DNA of 63,029 nucleotides, filler included, from Octopus bimaculoides (taxonomy: Eukaryota): the NCBI RefSeq assembly GCF_001194135.2. It is 12 parts of 11 records of this genome, joined end to end, with 100 filler letters (N's around TTAATTAATTAA, not from the genome) between each part and the next. Parts side by side here need not be neighbours in the genome. Positions count along the whole stretch, not along the records: positions 50,710 to 56,641 come from NC_068989.1; positions 56,742 to 58,010 come from NW_026424754.1; positions 58,111 to 61,102 come from NC_068983.1; positions 61,203 to 63,029 come from NW_026354303.1; 8 more parts are not named here. One strand, given 5' to 3'. Below, piece after piece: positions 50,734 to 62,944 of the stretch. Positions within the stretch are counted from its first letter, which is position 1; each line of letters opens with the position of its first letter. The notes beneath the pieces were generated by a model, which had not been told where the DNA came from, ran no database searches, and saw nothing but the letters and a program-made list of their open reading frames with translations. The translations under genes and the position numbers were made by a program.

Positions 50734-53086
50734 TATAAGGAAGATAAGACAAGGTAGAAAATGCTAAAATGATTTTATCAGGAAGTACATTTTAGTACCA
50801 GTTCCCGTCTTTTTAGATTTTTCAACTAATAATAAAATAATAAAAAAACAGTTAAATTGGGGAAGAAAATTAAGTGAAATGTTTTGTAGATATTTTCATA
50901 GTTTTTGAGTAGGTAAATATTTCCATAGTTTTCAGACAGTCTGTCTCTCTCTCTTTATTCCTTTGTGAATGCCTGATAAGTAGGTAAGTAGTTAGCAGTA
51001 AATTTGAAGAAATAGTTTGGGTACAGAGAATTGATAGTTTAAGCAGGAGCAGCCGAGGGAGAAGATGTGAGAGAAGAATAAGAAGGAAAAGAAGCAGGAG
51101 GAGGAGGAGGAGAAGGAAAAGATGAAGGAGGAAGAGAAATAGGAGTAGGGAAAGAGGAGAGAAGGAGAAAGAAAAGTAAAGAAAAATACAGGCGTGCTGT
51201 GCTACAGTAAATTGTTCGTAGAACCTTCTTTAATGGTCAAACGACCTAAAAGTGACCTGTTGTGGTCGTAGCAGTAGTAGTTGGAGATGTTCTAAATTCT
51301 TGTTGTAGTTCCATCTGTGGTGGCGGAATTCAAGAGGTTTATATTTTGCGATAAAGTATGCCTCTATGCTGATGCGTTGACTATAATTGTCCCTGAATTT
51401 GTGTAAGGGATATTCATTCTAGTGTGTCTGGGGTGGCAAGAATTGAACGGCAGATATTGCTTGGAGTCCGTGAGATTATAGTAGATGTTTGTTTCTATTT
51501 TGTTGTAAGATTTCTTAATGAGGATGTCAAGAAATGGAAGTTGTTGGTGGCTATATTCCATCGTAAATTGAATGTTTATTTCAAGTTCATTCAGAAGTGT
51601 TTGAAATTTTTTAAGTCACTCTATACAGTCATACCAAAGAATGAAACAGTCATCTAAATATCTTTTCCAGTTATTTTCTATGTACAGGGAGAATGGGTTT
51701 CCGTATTTTTCGAGTACCTTACGATAAAGATTGATTTCTTGGTACCCCATAACTAAGTTAGCAAAGGAAGGGGGTCATTTGCGTGCCATTCTATCTGTCG
51801 ATAGAAGTTGTCATTAAATACGAAGAAGTTATACTCCAAGATGAATTTTAGTCCTTCTATTACGAATTCTTTTTTGATGCAGTGTTGAAGTCCATTGGAG
51901 TAATTTTCTAGCTAGAATTGAATTTCCTCTATTCCTAGGTTATGAGGGATATTGGAATAGAGGCTGACCACATGAAAGGATACTAGTAGGGTGTTTTTAT
52001 CTATTGTTTCAGGGAGGTGACTGAGCATATCTAGGTCGTACCTTTCGTAGCTTTTGACATGCTTGAGGAATGGTTTTAAGAGGGTGTCTAAAAAGTTACT
52101 GAGGCGGTGAGTTTCGCATGCGGGGCCTGCTATTATGGATCTTAATTTGATGTCATTAGGAGTAGATACTTTGACTATTATGTCTGAGGCTCCTCTGCAT
52201 TCGTTACTTATTTTTTTCACTTTTGTGTATCTTAGGAATATCGTAGAATTAACTGTATTTTCTACTGAAGTTAGTCATATAGTCGTATTCCTTGTTGGTG
52301 AGGATTTGTACTATAGTATCTGATAAAAACACCAGGGACACACGACTACACGAGCTAAAGGATACACTAATCAGCAGGAACGACCCACCATCACTAATTG
52401 ATATAGGCTTTCAACGTGCCCTCTAACTCAACATCCAAGAACTCAGACACCACAAACTGAAGAAGGATTTACAACCAAAAGCCCTACTATACATATCCAC
52501 ACACAACACCCTAAACAATGAGGCCTTCGACACCATCCTCCATGGATCAAATCCTCAAAACACACACCATCATGAAGAGCAAAAGACAACCCAAGTCAAT
52601 GAAAAGTCTTCTAACAGAGGCCCAAGTACACTCGTCAACAACATCGAAATCGACAGTAAAAAAAAAAAACGCGGAAGACCTAGCTGTGGTATATGTGTCA
52701 ACCTAATTGAGCGATCAGAATTCTCTATCCAACAGGGTCAAAGTCTTACAGTAAAAAAACAACTAAATATGTGCTTCGGGAAACCTAATATATGCGTTAA
52801 CTTGCTCAGGGTGTCAAGAATAATATATTGGTCAAACTAAAAACAGTTTATGTCAGAGGATGACGGTACATAGATCCCAGATTAAAATACGAGAATACAG
52901 AAACATGGGATTAAACGAGCGCATCGATATTTGCGCCACTAACGAACAACCCAACTACAGATTCTCCAATTTAATTGCTTTTTTAAAATTTTACTGTTAG
53001 TTGCAAAAGTCTAAAAAGACGGAAACCGGTGCTAAAATGTACTTCATGATAAAATCATTTTAGCATTTTCTACCTTGTCTTATTTT

Positions 53087-53093
<7 letters not shown>
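50734..53093. mobile_element. Rearranged Penelope-like element (RT and GIY-YIG) bounded by ~128-bp inverted repeats
   Basis: Minus strand: IIAGPACETHRLSNFLD..LVSFHVVSLYSNIP and LPFLDILI..YLPFNSCHP..NIPY (RT, thumb). Plus strand 52300-52960: RICTIVSDKNTRDTRLHELK, GRPSCGICVNL, NLIYALTCSGCQE.YIGQT (GIY-YIG). 50734-50860 is the inverted copy of 52966-53093. Confidence 0.9.
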
Positions 53094-53123
<30 letters not shown>

Positions 53124-53163
53124 AGCCTGCTTTACTTCGTATACATATATCATATATATGTTT

Positions 53164-53194
<31 letters not shown>

Positions 53195-53751
53195 TACTCA
53201 CGTGCGCGCACACATACATAGGTCGGGCTTCAATCAGTTACCGTCTACAAAATCCACTTACAAGGCCTTACTAGACTCGAAGCTGTAGTAGAAGACACAT
53301 GCCTAAAATTCTAGGCAGTGGGCCTGAACCCGGAACCGTGTGTTTTGGAAGTAANNNNNNNNNNNNNNNNNNNNNNNNNNNNNNNNNNNNNNNNNNNNNN
53401 NNNNNNNNNNNNNNNNNNNNNNNNNNNNNNNNNNNNNNNNNNNNNNNNNNNNNNNNNNNNNNNNNNNNNNNNNNNNNNNNNNNNNNNNNNNNNNNNNNNN
53501 NNNNNNNNNNNNNNNNNNNNNNNNNNNNNNNNNNNNNNNNNNNNNNNNNNNNNNNNNNNNNNNNNNNNNNNNNNNNNNNNNNNNNNNNNNNNNNNNNNNN
53601 NNNNNNNNNNNNNNNNNNNNNNNNNNNNNNNNNNNNNNNNNNNNNNNNNNNNNNNNNNNNNNNNNNNNNNNNNNNNNNNNNNNNNNNNNNNNNNNNNNNN
53701 NNNNNNNNNNNNNNNNNNNNNNNGCACACGTACACACCTACGCTTGCATAC

Positions 53752-53786
<35 letters not shown>

Positions 53787-54225
53787 CGTGTGAACTTGTG
53801 TGTGACATAATTCACAATGCTCAAGGCTCTGAATATACGTATTTCCTTTGTTAAGCTCTAATTGAAAACCACCTCGCCTTTGAATCTATTGAAATTATTC
53901 GCAGTCAACGTATTGAATTATATTTCACAGTAAATATTTAGTCACTTTTGAACATTTAATTCTTTTTGCTATGTATTATTCTTATATTTCTTTCAGCTTG
54001 GTCTTTCCTGTTTTTTTTTTTTTATATAAATTTAATTACTGTTCGCAACACGTTGCGTGATATATAAAGCGAGTGAGTCACGGTTGCTAAGTTTTTTTAT
54101 AGTTAAACTATCGGCTGGAAAGCTTTCAATCTGAATTTTGTATCTAACACTATGACACAGACACATATGTGTATGTATGTATGTATGTATGTATGTATGT
54201 ATGTATGTACCTGCGCGCGCGCGTC

Positions 54226-54257
<32 letters not shown>

Positions 54258-54281
54258 TGTATGTACGTACGTACGTACGTA

Positions 54282-55189
54282 CAAAGACTGATCAATAAGT
54301 ATCCGGACTGTTGCCATAGTAACGAAACTAAAGCTCGGAGAGTAAAGCTGCTTGGTACGTATTGACGTTGATCTCTGCTGTGCATGTTCTCAAAGTTTTA
54401 ACGTTCTAGCTCACTTCCGTTATTTATAGCAGTGCTCGAAGTAACGTGTGTAACGTGTGATCGTCGCATTGACCATGACAGAAAATGTTATGGCGGTACC
54501 TACTCAGAGGCCTACGCAAAGTTGCAGAAAGTGCATGCAGAGGAGTATAGGAGTTGCACACAAGTGTAAGAGTGACTCAGACGTTTCCAAGATGGGCCAA
54601 AAAAAAAAAATGATGATATTGATGAACGTTCTAGGAGACCCGCAACCAGCAGAACTGAGAAAAATATTGCAGATGTGCGTGCAGCTGTGAGGGGAAATCG
54701 TCGAATCACCATCTGTGAGTTATCAGAGGATGTGCAGATTAGTTACGGTTCACTTCAATCCATTATCACTGAAGATTTGGCTATGAGACGCGTGTCTGCC
54801 AAGCTTGTGCCAAAACTGCTTACAGTTGATCAAAAAACACCCGGGTTTCAGTTGCACAAAATCTCCTTGATTGAGTCGAGAATGGTGAAAACTTTCTGAA
54901 AACTTTGCGCAATCCTCTGAACATGTATCGCCAAGCTTTTAGCAAAATTTCAGGCAGATTCTCTGCTCAACTTCCACTGTTATGGTTTTAGCGTTTAGCA
55001 AAATTTCGAACACGTGCTACACACGTTCCTTCGAAGCGCTGCTGTGAACAGCAAAAGTGAGCTAGAACGTTAAAACTTTGTGAACATGTATAGCAGAGTT
55101 CAAGGTCAATCCATGCCGAGCAGCTTTACTCCTCGTATTTTAGCTTCGTTACTATGACCACGGTCCGGATACTTATTGATCAGATCACG
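54282..55189 (+). mobile_element. Internally deleted mariner-like element with long (~185-bp) TIRs
   Basis: 54282-54462 and about 55000-55189 are inverted repeats. Internal GNRRITICELSEDVQISYGSLQSIITEDLAMRRVSAKLVPKLLT is a mariner HTH region. Inserted in (TACG/TACA)n. Confidence 0.9.
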
Positions 55190-55209
55190 CATATACGTAC
55201 GTACGTATG

Positions 55210-55971
55210 TTCTCTTTCTCTTTTTAATTTTAATTAACGTTGTGAAAGAGCGTATCTTGTTTTAAATATCATTCTTTAGATCTTAAGAAGTTCTTGCAGA
55301 TTTTTATTGTCCTTGATATCGTGATCATTTGTTCTGTGAGAATTAAGGATTTGCATTCTCTCTCCATGGTCCCAAGTTCAACTATATTTTGCTCCAGACG
55401 GGTTGGTAAGTATCCTGTTGCGCCAATGATAATAGGCATGTGTGTATGTATGTATGTATGTATGCATGCATGCATGCATGTATGTATGCATGTACGTATG
55501 TATGTTTGTATGTATGTTCTCTTTCTCTTTTTTTAATTAAAAATTAATTTTGACCGGCCATCTCCTTAGTATCAATAGCAAGGTTGTGAAGGAACATATC
55601 TTGTTTAACCATCACCCTCTCAATCTTATGAAGGTCTTGCAGATTTTAATTATTCCAGATACCGTGATCATTCGTACCATATGAATTAAGGATTTGCATT
55701 CTCTCCCCAAGATTCCAACTTCAATCATACTTTGTTCCATTTGTAGGTATCTTGCTGGATACTTACCAACTGATTCGTGTATATCCTGTTGCTTCAATAA
55801 TAATAGATACGAATCTGAAAGTGCATCTTGGATACTGGTTTTGCAAACTCCTTATAAATAGTCTATAGATGTCCTCTTTTTCTCTTATTTTTTCTAACTG
55901 CATTCGTGCCCAGGGGCCTGCTGATTTCCACAACAGAACATATCTTTTCTTTGTGGTTCCATACAAAGAAA
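55210..55971 (-). mobile_element. Two 5'-truncated RLE-type (R4/Dong-like) LINE 3' ends in (TACA)n tracts (55210-55437, 55517-55971)
   Basis: PIIIGATGY..TISRTIKICKNFL and KEDIYRLFIRSLQNQYP..FVSIIIEATGY..ITVSGIIKICKTF. Both share the 3' terminus aaaaagagaaagagaa abutting TACA repeats. Confidence 0.75.
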
Positions 55972-56334
55972 ATGTATGTATGTATATATGTATGTATGCA
56001 TGTATGTCATTGTTCAGTTTTATTTCAAGATTTCATGCCAATAGAGAAAGAGTCAGTTTCTAACCTAAATCCAAGACTCCTTCATTGGAATTTCAGTATC
56101 AACAACAGGGTACTTTTGTATGTGTATATGTATGTATATATGCAGATTTGTATGTTTTGTTTTATGTATATATTCTCATGCATATAGTTGCATATCTAGA
56201 CATGCTCATATGTATTTAAATGCTAAACCTCTGGAAAGTTTTACCGATTTCTAGATCCAGTGATGGATTGGATCTGTAGTCTTCGAATTATCTTTCTCCG
56301 CAGTGAAATGACTAAAACAAATAAAAGAATACGT

Positions 56335-56545
56335 AGCCAGCGCTGTCGTATTTTTTGTTCCTGGGTTTGAGAATGATCTAACGTGTCCGCTATATCACGT
56401 TTTAAAGCCGGTAGTACTCCATATATATACTTTCTTAGGTTGATTGGCAGTTACAACTTCAGTTTTGTATACCATGTTTTTCCATAAGCAGGAACCTCCT
56501 AATGGACATAAATTGCAGTTCCGGAAATTGCAGGCTTTATTCCAG

Positions 56546-56548
<3 letters not shown>
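56335..56548 (-). mobile_element. Penelope-like GIY-YIG endonuclease fragment
   Basis: ACNFRNCNLCPLGGSCLWKNMVYKTEVVTANQPKKVYIWSTTGFKT*YSGHVRSF..TTALATY. Confidence 0.8.
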
Positions 56549-56579
<31 letters not shown>

Positions 56580-56598
56580 GCGCATAAACACACACACG

Positions 56599-56641
<43 letters not shown>

Positions 56642-56740
56642 NNNNNNNNNNNNNNNNNNNNNNNNNNNNNNNNNNNNNNNNNNNNTTAATTAATTAANNN
56701 NNNNNNNNNNNNNNNNNNNNNNNNNNNNNNNNNNNNNNNN

Positions 56741-57290
56741 NATGGTCTTCTGCTCATACAGGCTCATCGTTTCATCTGATGATACGTTGCGGTGGAGTCG
56801 TGCGACTTCTTTGGTCATGTATTCTATGTTATCAAAGAGCGTTGCTCAGTGAGCTACCTTCCAACTCGTATGATGTTATCAACCTCATGTATGCAAACTT
56901 GATCAAGGGATGCATTTCGACACTTGATGGTTAAAGGATGTTGCCGAAGGGATATGATACAAAAGTCAAATGTATTTTGGATCGCTGTTAAGCCTCTGAC
57001 GCCTTGTTATCGTTTTAGTTACAAGCAGTCTACGTCACTATTTATGTGGAAATTATTTGTGCTTGTCAGTATTTTTCGGGTTTTGACATCAATGGCTCGG
57101 ATCTCATCAAATGTCCAATCAAGCTGCCAAAATGTGGGTATGAGTACTAGCACCACAAACACATTGTGGGCCACTGTTTTATTGAATGCAGAGAATTCTG
57201 AGGTCAAAATTTTGTTCATTCGGCTGTAATATTCTTTAGTGACAGGTGTTTTCTTACAGGTGCTATTGTAAGATATGTTTTTATTCACCT
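56741..57290 (-). mobile_element. R4/Dong-like LINE fragment, region after RT
   Basis: KILTSEFSAFNKTVAHN..WTFDEIRAIDVKTRKILT..HINSDVDCL..GVRGL. Confidence 0.82.
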
Positions 57291-57819
57291 ATAACATAGA
57301 AGTGTAAAGCATAATTTATTACATAATCTCTATAATAACATTATAACATTATTCGTCAGATATATAGGAAACAGTCAATCGTTGATGGAGTAGTTGATAG
57401 TGTGGTTTATAATTTTCCCTCTTTTCCCAACAACCATATAACAACATAATTTATGTAAACCGAAAAGAAGAGTAGCAATATATCAGACGAGCAGGTGATA
57501 AAACGAAAAACATAATGCCGAAAATTGGTAAAATGAACTCCAAGAACAAAGTGAATTAAAGTAAAAAAGAAAAAAAGAAGAAACGAAGAATTACTAAAAA
57601 GAGACAGAAATGTTATTTTGACATAAGATAATAGATGTTGAAAATTGTATGTATGTATGTATATATATATATACATACATACACCCCCCACATATATGTA
57701 TATAATTACATATGCATTTATGCTAACGTATATATGCGTGTGTGTGTGTATGTATGTATGTATGTATGTATGTATGTATGTATATATGTATGTATGTATG
57801 CATGTATGTGTGTATGTGA

Positions 57820-58010
57820 AAGCACATGGCTCAGTGGTTAGAGCGTCGAGCTTACGATCGTGAGGTTGTGAGTTCGAATCCCGGACCGAGCTGCGTGTTG
57901 TGTTCTTGAGCAAGACACTTTATTTCACTCAACTGTAGAAATGAGTTGCGACGTCAGAGGTACCAAGCTGTATCGGTCTTTGCCTTTCCCTTGGATAACA
58001 TTGGTGGCGT
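57820..58010 (+). mobile_element. tRNA-derived SINE, third family, cut by gap
   Basis: atggctcagtggttagagcg (A box), gagttcgaatccc (B box), body matches 26756-27075. Confidence 0.82.
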
Positions 58011-58110
58011 NNNNNNNNNNNNNNNNNNNNNNNNNNNNNNNNNNNNNNNNNNNNTTAATTAATTAANNNNNNNNNNNNNNNNNNNNNNNNNNNNNNNNNN
58101 NNNNNNNNNN

Positions 58111-59190
58111 CTTAGCTGCAATATTTTAAGTAAAAATTTTCTTGCTCTGTACTTTACCAGATGTAATAAGTTATCCTGAACTTTTCCAAGTGTAATAACT
58201 TGTCCTGTAATTTTCCAGGTTTATAATCTTAAGAATATTATTTCTCTTGCTCGCATTTTCCATGTAATTAATATATGGGCCTAGATGATCTATTATTTTC
58301 CACATGATATCACATGGAGTTCCTTGATCTTTGAGGTGCTCCACATGGCGGGCCAGGGACGTGACAAACCGTCTTTCTGGGACTCTGAAGGTTGACTGGT
58401 GGTCGTTGAGGAAGCGACGTTTGAAACATGTACTGGCTGATCCAATATAATTACAAACGTGGGATGTGGCCATATTCGCACTCCTGGTGTATCCCTGATA
58501 GGCTCCGGACCTGGGGATACTATTGGTAACACCGTTGCTGAGGCAGTCGATATGGCGCAATGATTCCGCGGTATTATCGCCGTGGTTATCACTACTGGTC
58601 CTATGGTTGGCTATGTAGCTGCCGGCGTTAGTGCGGATGCTGCCGGTGGTAACATACGGTGCAGGGCTGGTCAACCCATCGGTGTTGATAATTGTTTGGT
58701 CATCATCTGAGGTAGTGGTACTGGGAACGCCGGATACCTCCTCTGTGTTGCTGGTCCTGGATTGGTCATCATCTGTAGGTGTAGCGATTGTACTGGTGGT
58801 AACATTCGGTGCAAGGCTGGTCACTCTATCTGTGTCTATGATAATGATTTGTTCATCATCTGTGGTAGTGGTATTGGGGTCATCGGCTACGTCCTTTGTG
58901 ACGCTGGTCTCGGACTGGTCATCATCTCTGGCTGTGGCGATTGTACTGGAGGGAGATCTGGCTAATCTGCTAATATTGCACCTAACATAAAAAGCATTTC
59001 AACAAATACCCACAATACAAGGGAGGAGGCAGGCTGTTGTTGCAGGGTATATAATAACTGTCCAGTAAGAGGCCGATGCGAGGCTGAAGGAGTCATCTAT
59101 GAAGCTACGGTGACACCTAGACCTGCTATCCGTATCACCAGTAATGTACCATCCAACAGCAATATTGGCATATTAACCAGATCTCACGCT
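58111..59190 (-). mobile_element. Penelope-like GIY-YIG domain with a long Thr/Asp-rich insert and an inverted N-terminal half
   Basis: Plus strand 59030-59185: CCCRVYNNCPVRGRCEAEGVIYEATVT. Minus strand open frame 58985-58171: T/D-rich repeats, then NYIGSASTCFKRRF..HQSTF..TSLARHV..LKDQG..IMWKII. Confidence 0.82.
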
Positions 59191-59194
59191 ATAA

Positions 59195-60293
59195 AAGGTA
59201 CATAAAAGTTCTGAACTTTTCACGCAACACATCCCTATCTTGCAGCCCATGTACAAACAGATGATTTCTAATTTTAAGAAATTATACGCCAAACACCTGT
59301 TTCGTCGGTGCTTTGAAGTCACCGAAAATACAAATCTAACCCTTCGTGAGTTTTGGAAAGAGCACTGAAGCATTGTAAACAGCTTGAAAATCATCGATAT
59401 GGCCTGGCAGGGTGTAACAAGAACTCTAAATTCTGCATGGAAGAAACTGTGGTTGACTGCGTATCCAAAAGAGCCTTCGAAGGGGTTTGAGTTTGAGACA
59501 CCTGTAGTTGAGGAGATAGTATATCTTGGCAAGTCTATGGGTAACGAGGTTGATGATGGGGATATTAACGATCTCGTCAAAGAATACTCAAAGGGGCTGA
59601 CGACAGACGAACTCGTGCAGCTTCAGGAGCAGCAGCATTTGGATGCGGTGGAAGAGATTGGTTCCAAGGAAGAGGACAGTGTAGCAGAGAATGCTATCTC
59701 TTGGCAAAGTGGCAGTATGTTTTCTGAATTTGTAGAAAAATATCATCTTGAAAAAGTAGCTACAGGTAGTGCAGTTGCTTTATTTAATGACTCTGCTCTG
59801 GCGCATTTTCGTAACATTTTGAAAGGCAGGAAAACAGACTTCTCTTGATATGTTTCTAATGAAACGACCTGCAAGTGTAAAAAGTGAAGTGTGTCCAAAA
59901 TGCCTAAATTAAGCGGTGAGATAAAACGCCAGAAACTGTTCTTCTTGAAGTCTTAATGGAAGGGGAATCTCCGTCCAAGCACTAATCCTTCTTCTCCCTG
60001 TTCCATCGTCTTCCTCGCGCACAAATAGTTCCATCTTTAAGTTAATTCAGTTGATAAATCCTGTTTACATATTTCTTTTGCATTCTCTTTTTTATAATTG
60101 TCATTTTACTTGTAGTTACAGCTTCTCGGTTTTAAAGCTCATAAAAAATTATTTTTGAGTGGTTTTTGGGTGCTGGAACGGAATAATTATATGTTAGTTA
60201 ATTTCAATGGGGAAAATTGATTTGTAAAATGAGTAAATCGTAAGACGAGCTCGGCCATGGAACGAGTTAAATTCGTACTGCGAAGTATCACTG
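59195..60293 (+). mobile_element. Tigger/pogo DNA transposon, 3' half
   Basis: LQPM..MISNFKKLYAKHLFRRCFEVTENTNLTLREFWK, IIDMAWQGV..LNSAWKKLW. Ends cgaagtatcactg followed by TA. Confidence 0.9.
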
Positions 60294-61030
60294 TATTGAA
60301 TGTATAAAAGTCTAATTTCATTTTCAAATGCTCTTAATTTGGCTAGGCATATACATCCTTATCGATCTAAACTTGAAAATGTTCGTCTTAATCGAGAATT
60401 TTGCTAAACGCTCTGCACATGTTAATATTCATTTTTTTTTGTATGTGAACATTTTATATTTGTAATTACTATGTATTTATAACGTGAGAAAATAATTTAA
60501 TCGTTCTCATTCAGACGAAATATCGATATAAGTTTATTAATACATATATTAGCGTACAAATGCATACGCACACACAGACATAGCTCCATATAGAAAACAG
60601 TAACACCAGGAATCAATTTATATTGAATGAAAGGCAATGGTGTTTATTGGCTGTTACTAAAAGCCTTATAGCTGTAGGTCAGAAATACTTGAATATTTAT
60701 GGAAAACGAGTCATGCTTGGTATTATGCACATACGTACATACTAAGATATGTGCACGTACATAGATAATATATACGTTATACACTTTCATATACACGTAC
60801 ATTGATAAACGTACATACATTATATATATTTTTATTTTTCATATATTTAATACACACACACGCATAATTCACATACATGTTCATATATATTATACATATA
60901 CATGTATGTATAATATAAATATATATGTGCGTTGCATAAATATTGCATATATATAATACACACACATATATATACATATACATAACTACATAAATACATA
61001 TACATACATATATACATACATACATACATA

Positions 61031-61081
<51 letters not shown>

Positions 61082-61202
61082 ATATATATATATATATATA
61101 TANNNNNNNNNNNNNNNNNNNNNNNNNNNNNNNNNNNNNNNNNNNNTTAATTAATTAANNNNNNNNNNNNNNNNNNNNNNNNNNNNNNNNNNNNNNNNNN
61201 NN

Positions 61203-61633
61203 TATGCCAATACACATAGAGAAATTAAGGCCAATAGACCGGATATAGTTGTTAGGGATCACCAAGAAAAAATGCTTTCTAATCGATGTATCAACAAATG
61301 ACAATATTTCTCTAAAAGAAATGGAGAAACTTTCAAAATGGAAATAGAGGTAACTCGAATGTGGAATCTAATAAAAACAGAAACAATTCCTATCATAGTG
61401 GGCGCATTAGGTATGATGAAAAAGCATTCAGACAAATACATAACATAAACACCAGGACTTACAAGTATATATAACATACAGAAAACAGCTCTACTAGGCA
61501 CTGCACACATCTTACGTAAAGCACTTTCAATAAAGTGAAAACAGGAGCGCTACAAATAAACCAGAGCAAATAGCCAAGGTACAAAGAGCTGCGTTCGGTA
61601 GTGCAGTGAAAGCACGTGATAAAAATAAGACTA

Positions 61634-61640
<7 letters not shown>
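61203..61640 (+). mobile_element. R4/Dong-like LINE 3' end (RLE domain and 3' UTR) ending at (TAA)n
   Basis: IKANRPDIVVRD..FLIDV..RMWNL..IPIIVGALG..IQKTALLGTAHILRK. Confidence 0.9.
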
Positions 61641-61718
<78 letters not shown>

Positions 61719-61720
61719 CG

Positions 61721-62936
61721 AATAATGCAGATATTGACAAAGCCCTTAACCATCAATGGCTAATGGCCTCTGGTTTGAAATCAGAAACAGAGGGGTTTAT
61801 CATAGCANNNNNNNNNNNNNNNNNNNNNNNNNNNNNNNNNNNNNNNNNNNNNNNNNNNNNNNNNNNNNNNNNNNNNNNNNNNNNNNNNNNNNNNNNNNNN
61901 NNNNNNNNNNNNNNNNNNNNNNNNNNNNNNNNNNNNNNNNNNNNNNNNNNNNNNNNNNNNNNNNNNNNNNNNNNNNNNNNNNNNNNNNNNNNNNNNNNNN
62001 NNNNNNNNNNNNNNNNNNNNNNNNNNNNNNNNNNNNNNNNNNNNNNNNNNNNNNNNNNNNNNNNNNNNNNNNNNNNNNNNNNNNNNNNNNNNNNNNNNNN
62101 NNNNNNNNNNNNNNNNNNNNNNNNNNNNNNNNNNNNNNNNNNNNNNNNNNNNNNNNNNNNNNNNNNNNNNNNNNNNNNNNNNNNNNNNNNNNNNNNNNNN
62201 NNNNNNNNNNNNNNNNNNNNNNNNNNNNNNNNNNNNNNNNNNNNNNNNNNNNNNNNNNNNNNNNNNNNNNNNNNNNNNNNNNNNNNNNNNNNNNNNNNNN
62301 NNNNNNNNNNNNNNNNNNNNNNNNNNNNNNNNNNNNNNNNNNNNNNNNNNNNNNNNNNNNNNNNNNNNNNNNNNNNNNNNNNNNNNNNNNNNNNNNNNNN
62401 NNNNNNNNNNNNNNNNNNNNNNNNNNNNNNNNNNNNNNNNNNNNNNNNNNNNNNNNNNNNNNNNNNNNNNNNNNNNNNNNNNNNNNNNNNNNNNNNNNNN
62501 NNNNNNNNNNNNNNNNNNNNNNNNNNNNNNNNNNNNNNNNNNNNNNNNNNNNNNNNNNNNNNNNNNNNNNNNNNNNNNNNNNNNNNNNNNNNNNNNNNNN
62601 NNNNNNNNNNNNNNNNNAACGGGCTGATTACTACCTAGCTCAGATACCAGGAAACCCCAAAATGGCTTAAGTTCAAAAGATAGTGCTCATGGGAACTGCC
62701 CATATCCTACGTAAAATACTGTCTATGTGATCTCAAATTTTAAAGCAAACACATAATTTTCTTATGGTTTCTTAAACATTCACTAGAACAAAACTGTACA
62801 AATCCAAATATATGGTACCTTAGGCATAACACCTACATGAACTTCTAACTTGTCTCTTGAGGTCTCTGGGTGAGACTTGGATCCAACTTGTACAAATGCA
62901 AAACAAAAGTCAAACATAAAATAATAATAATAATAA
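61721..62936 (+). mobile_element. Second, 5'-truncated R4/Dong-like LINE flanked by (TAA)n on both sides (mostly gap)
   Basis: ADIDKALNHQWLMASGLKSETEGFIIA, then gap, then VQKIVLMGTAHILRKILSM*, 3' UTR and (TAA)n. Confidence 0.85.
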
Positions 62937-62944
62937 TTTTGTGT

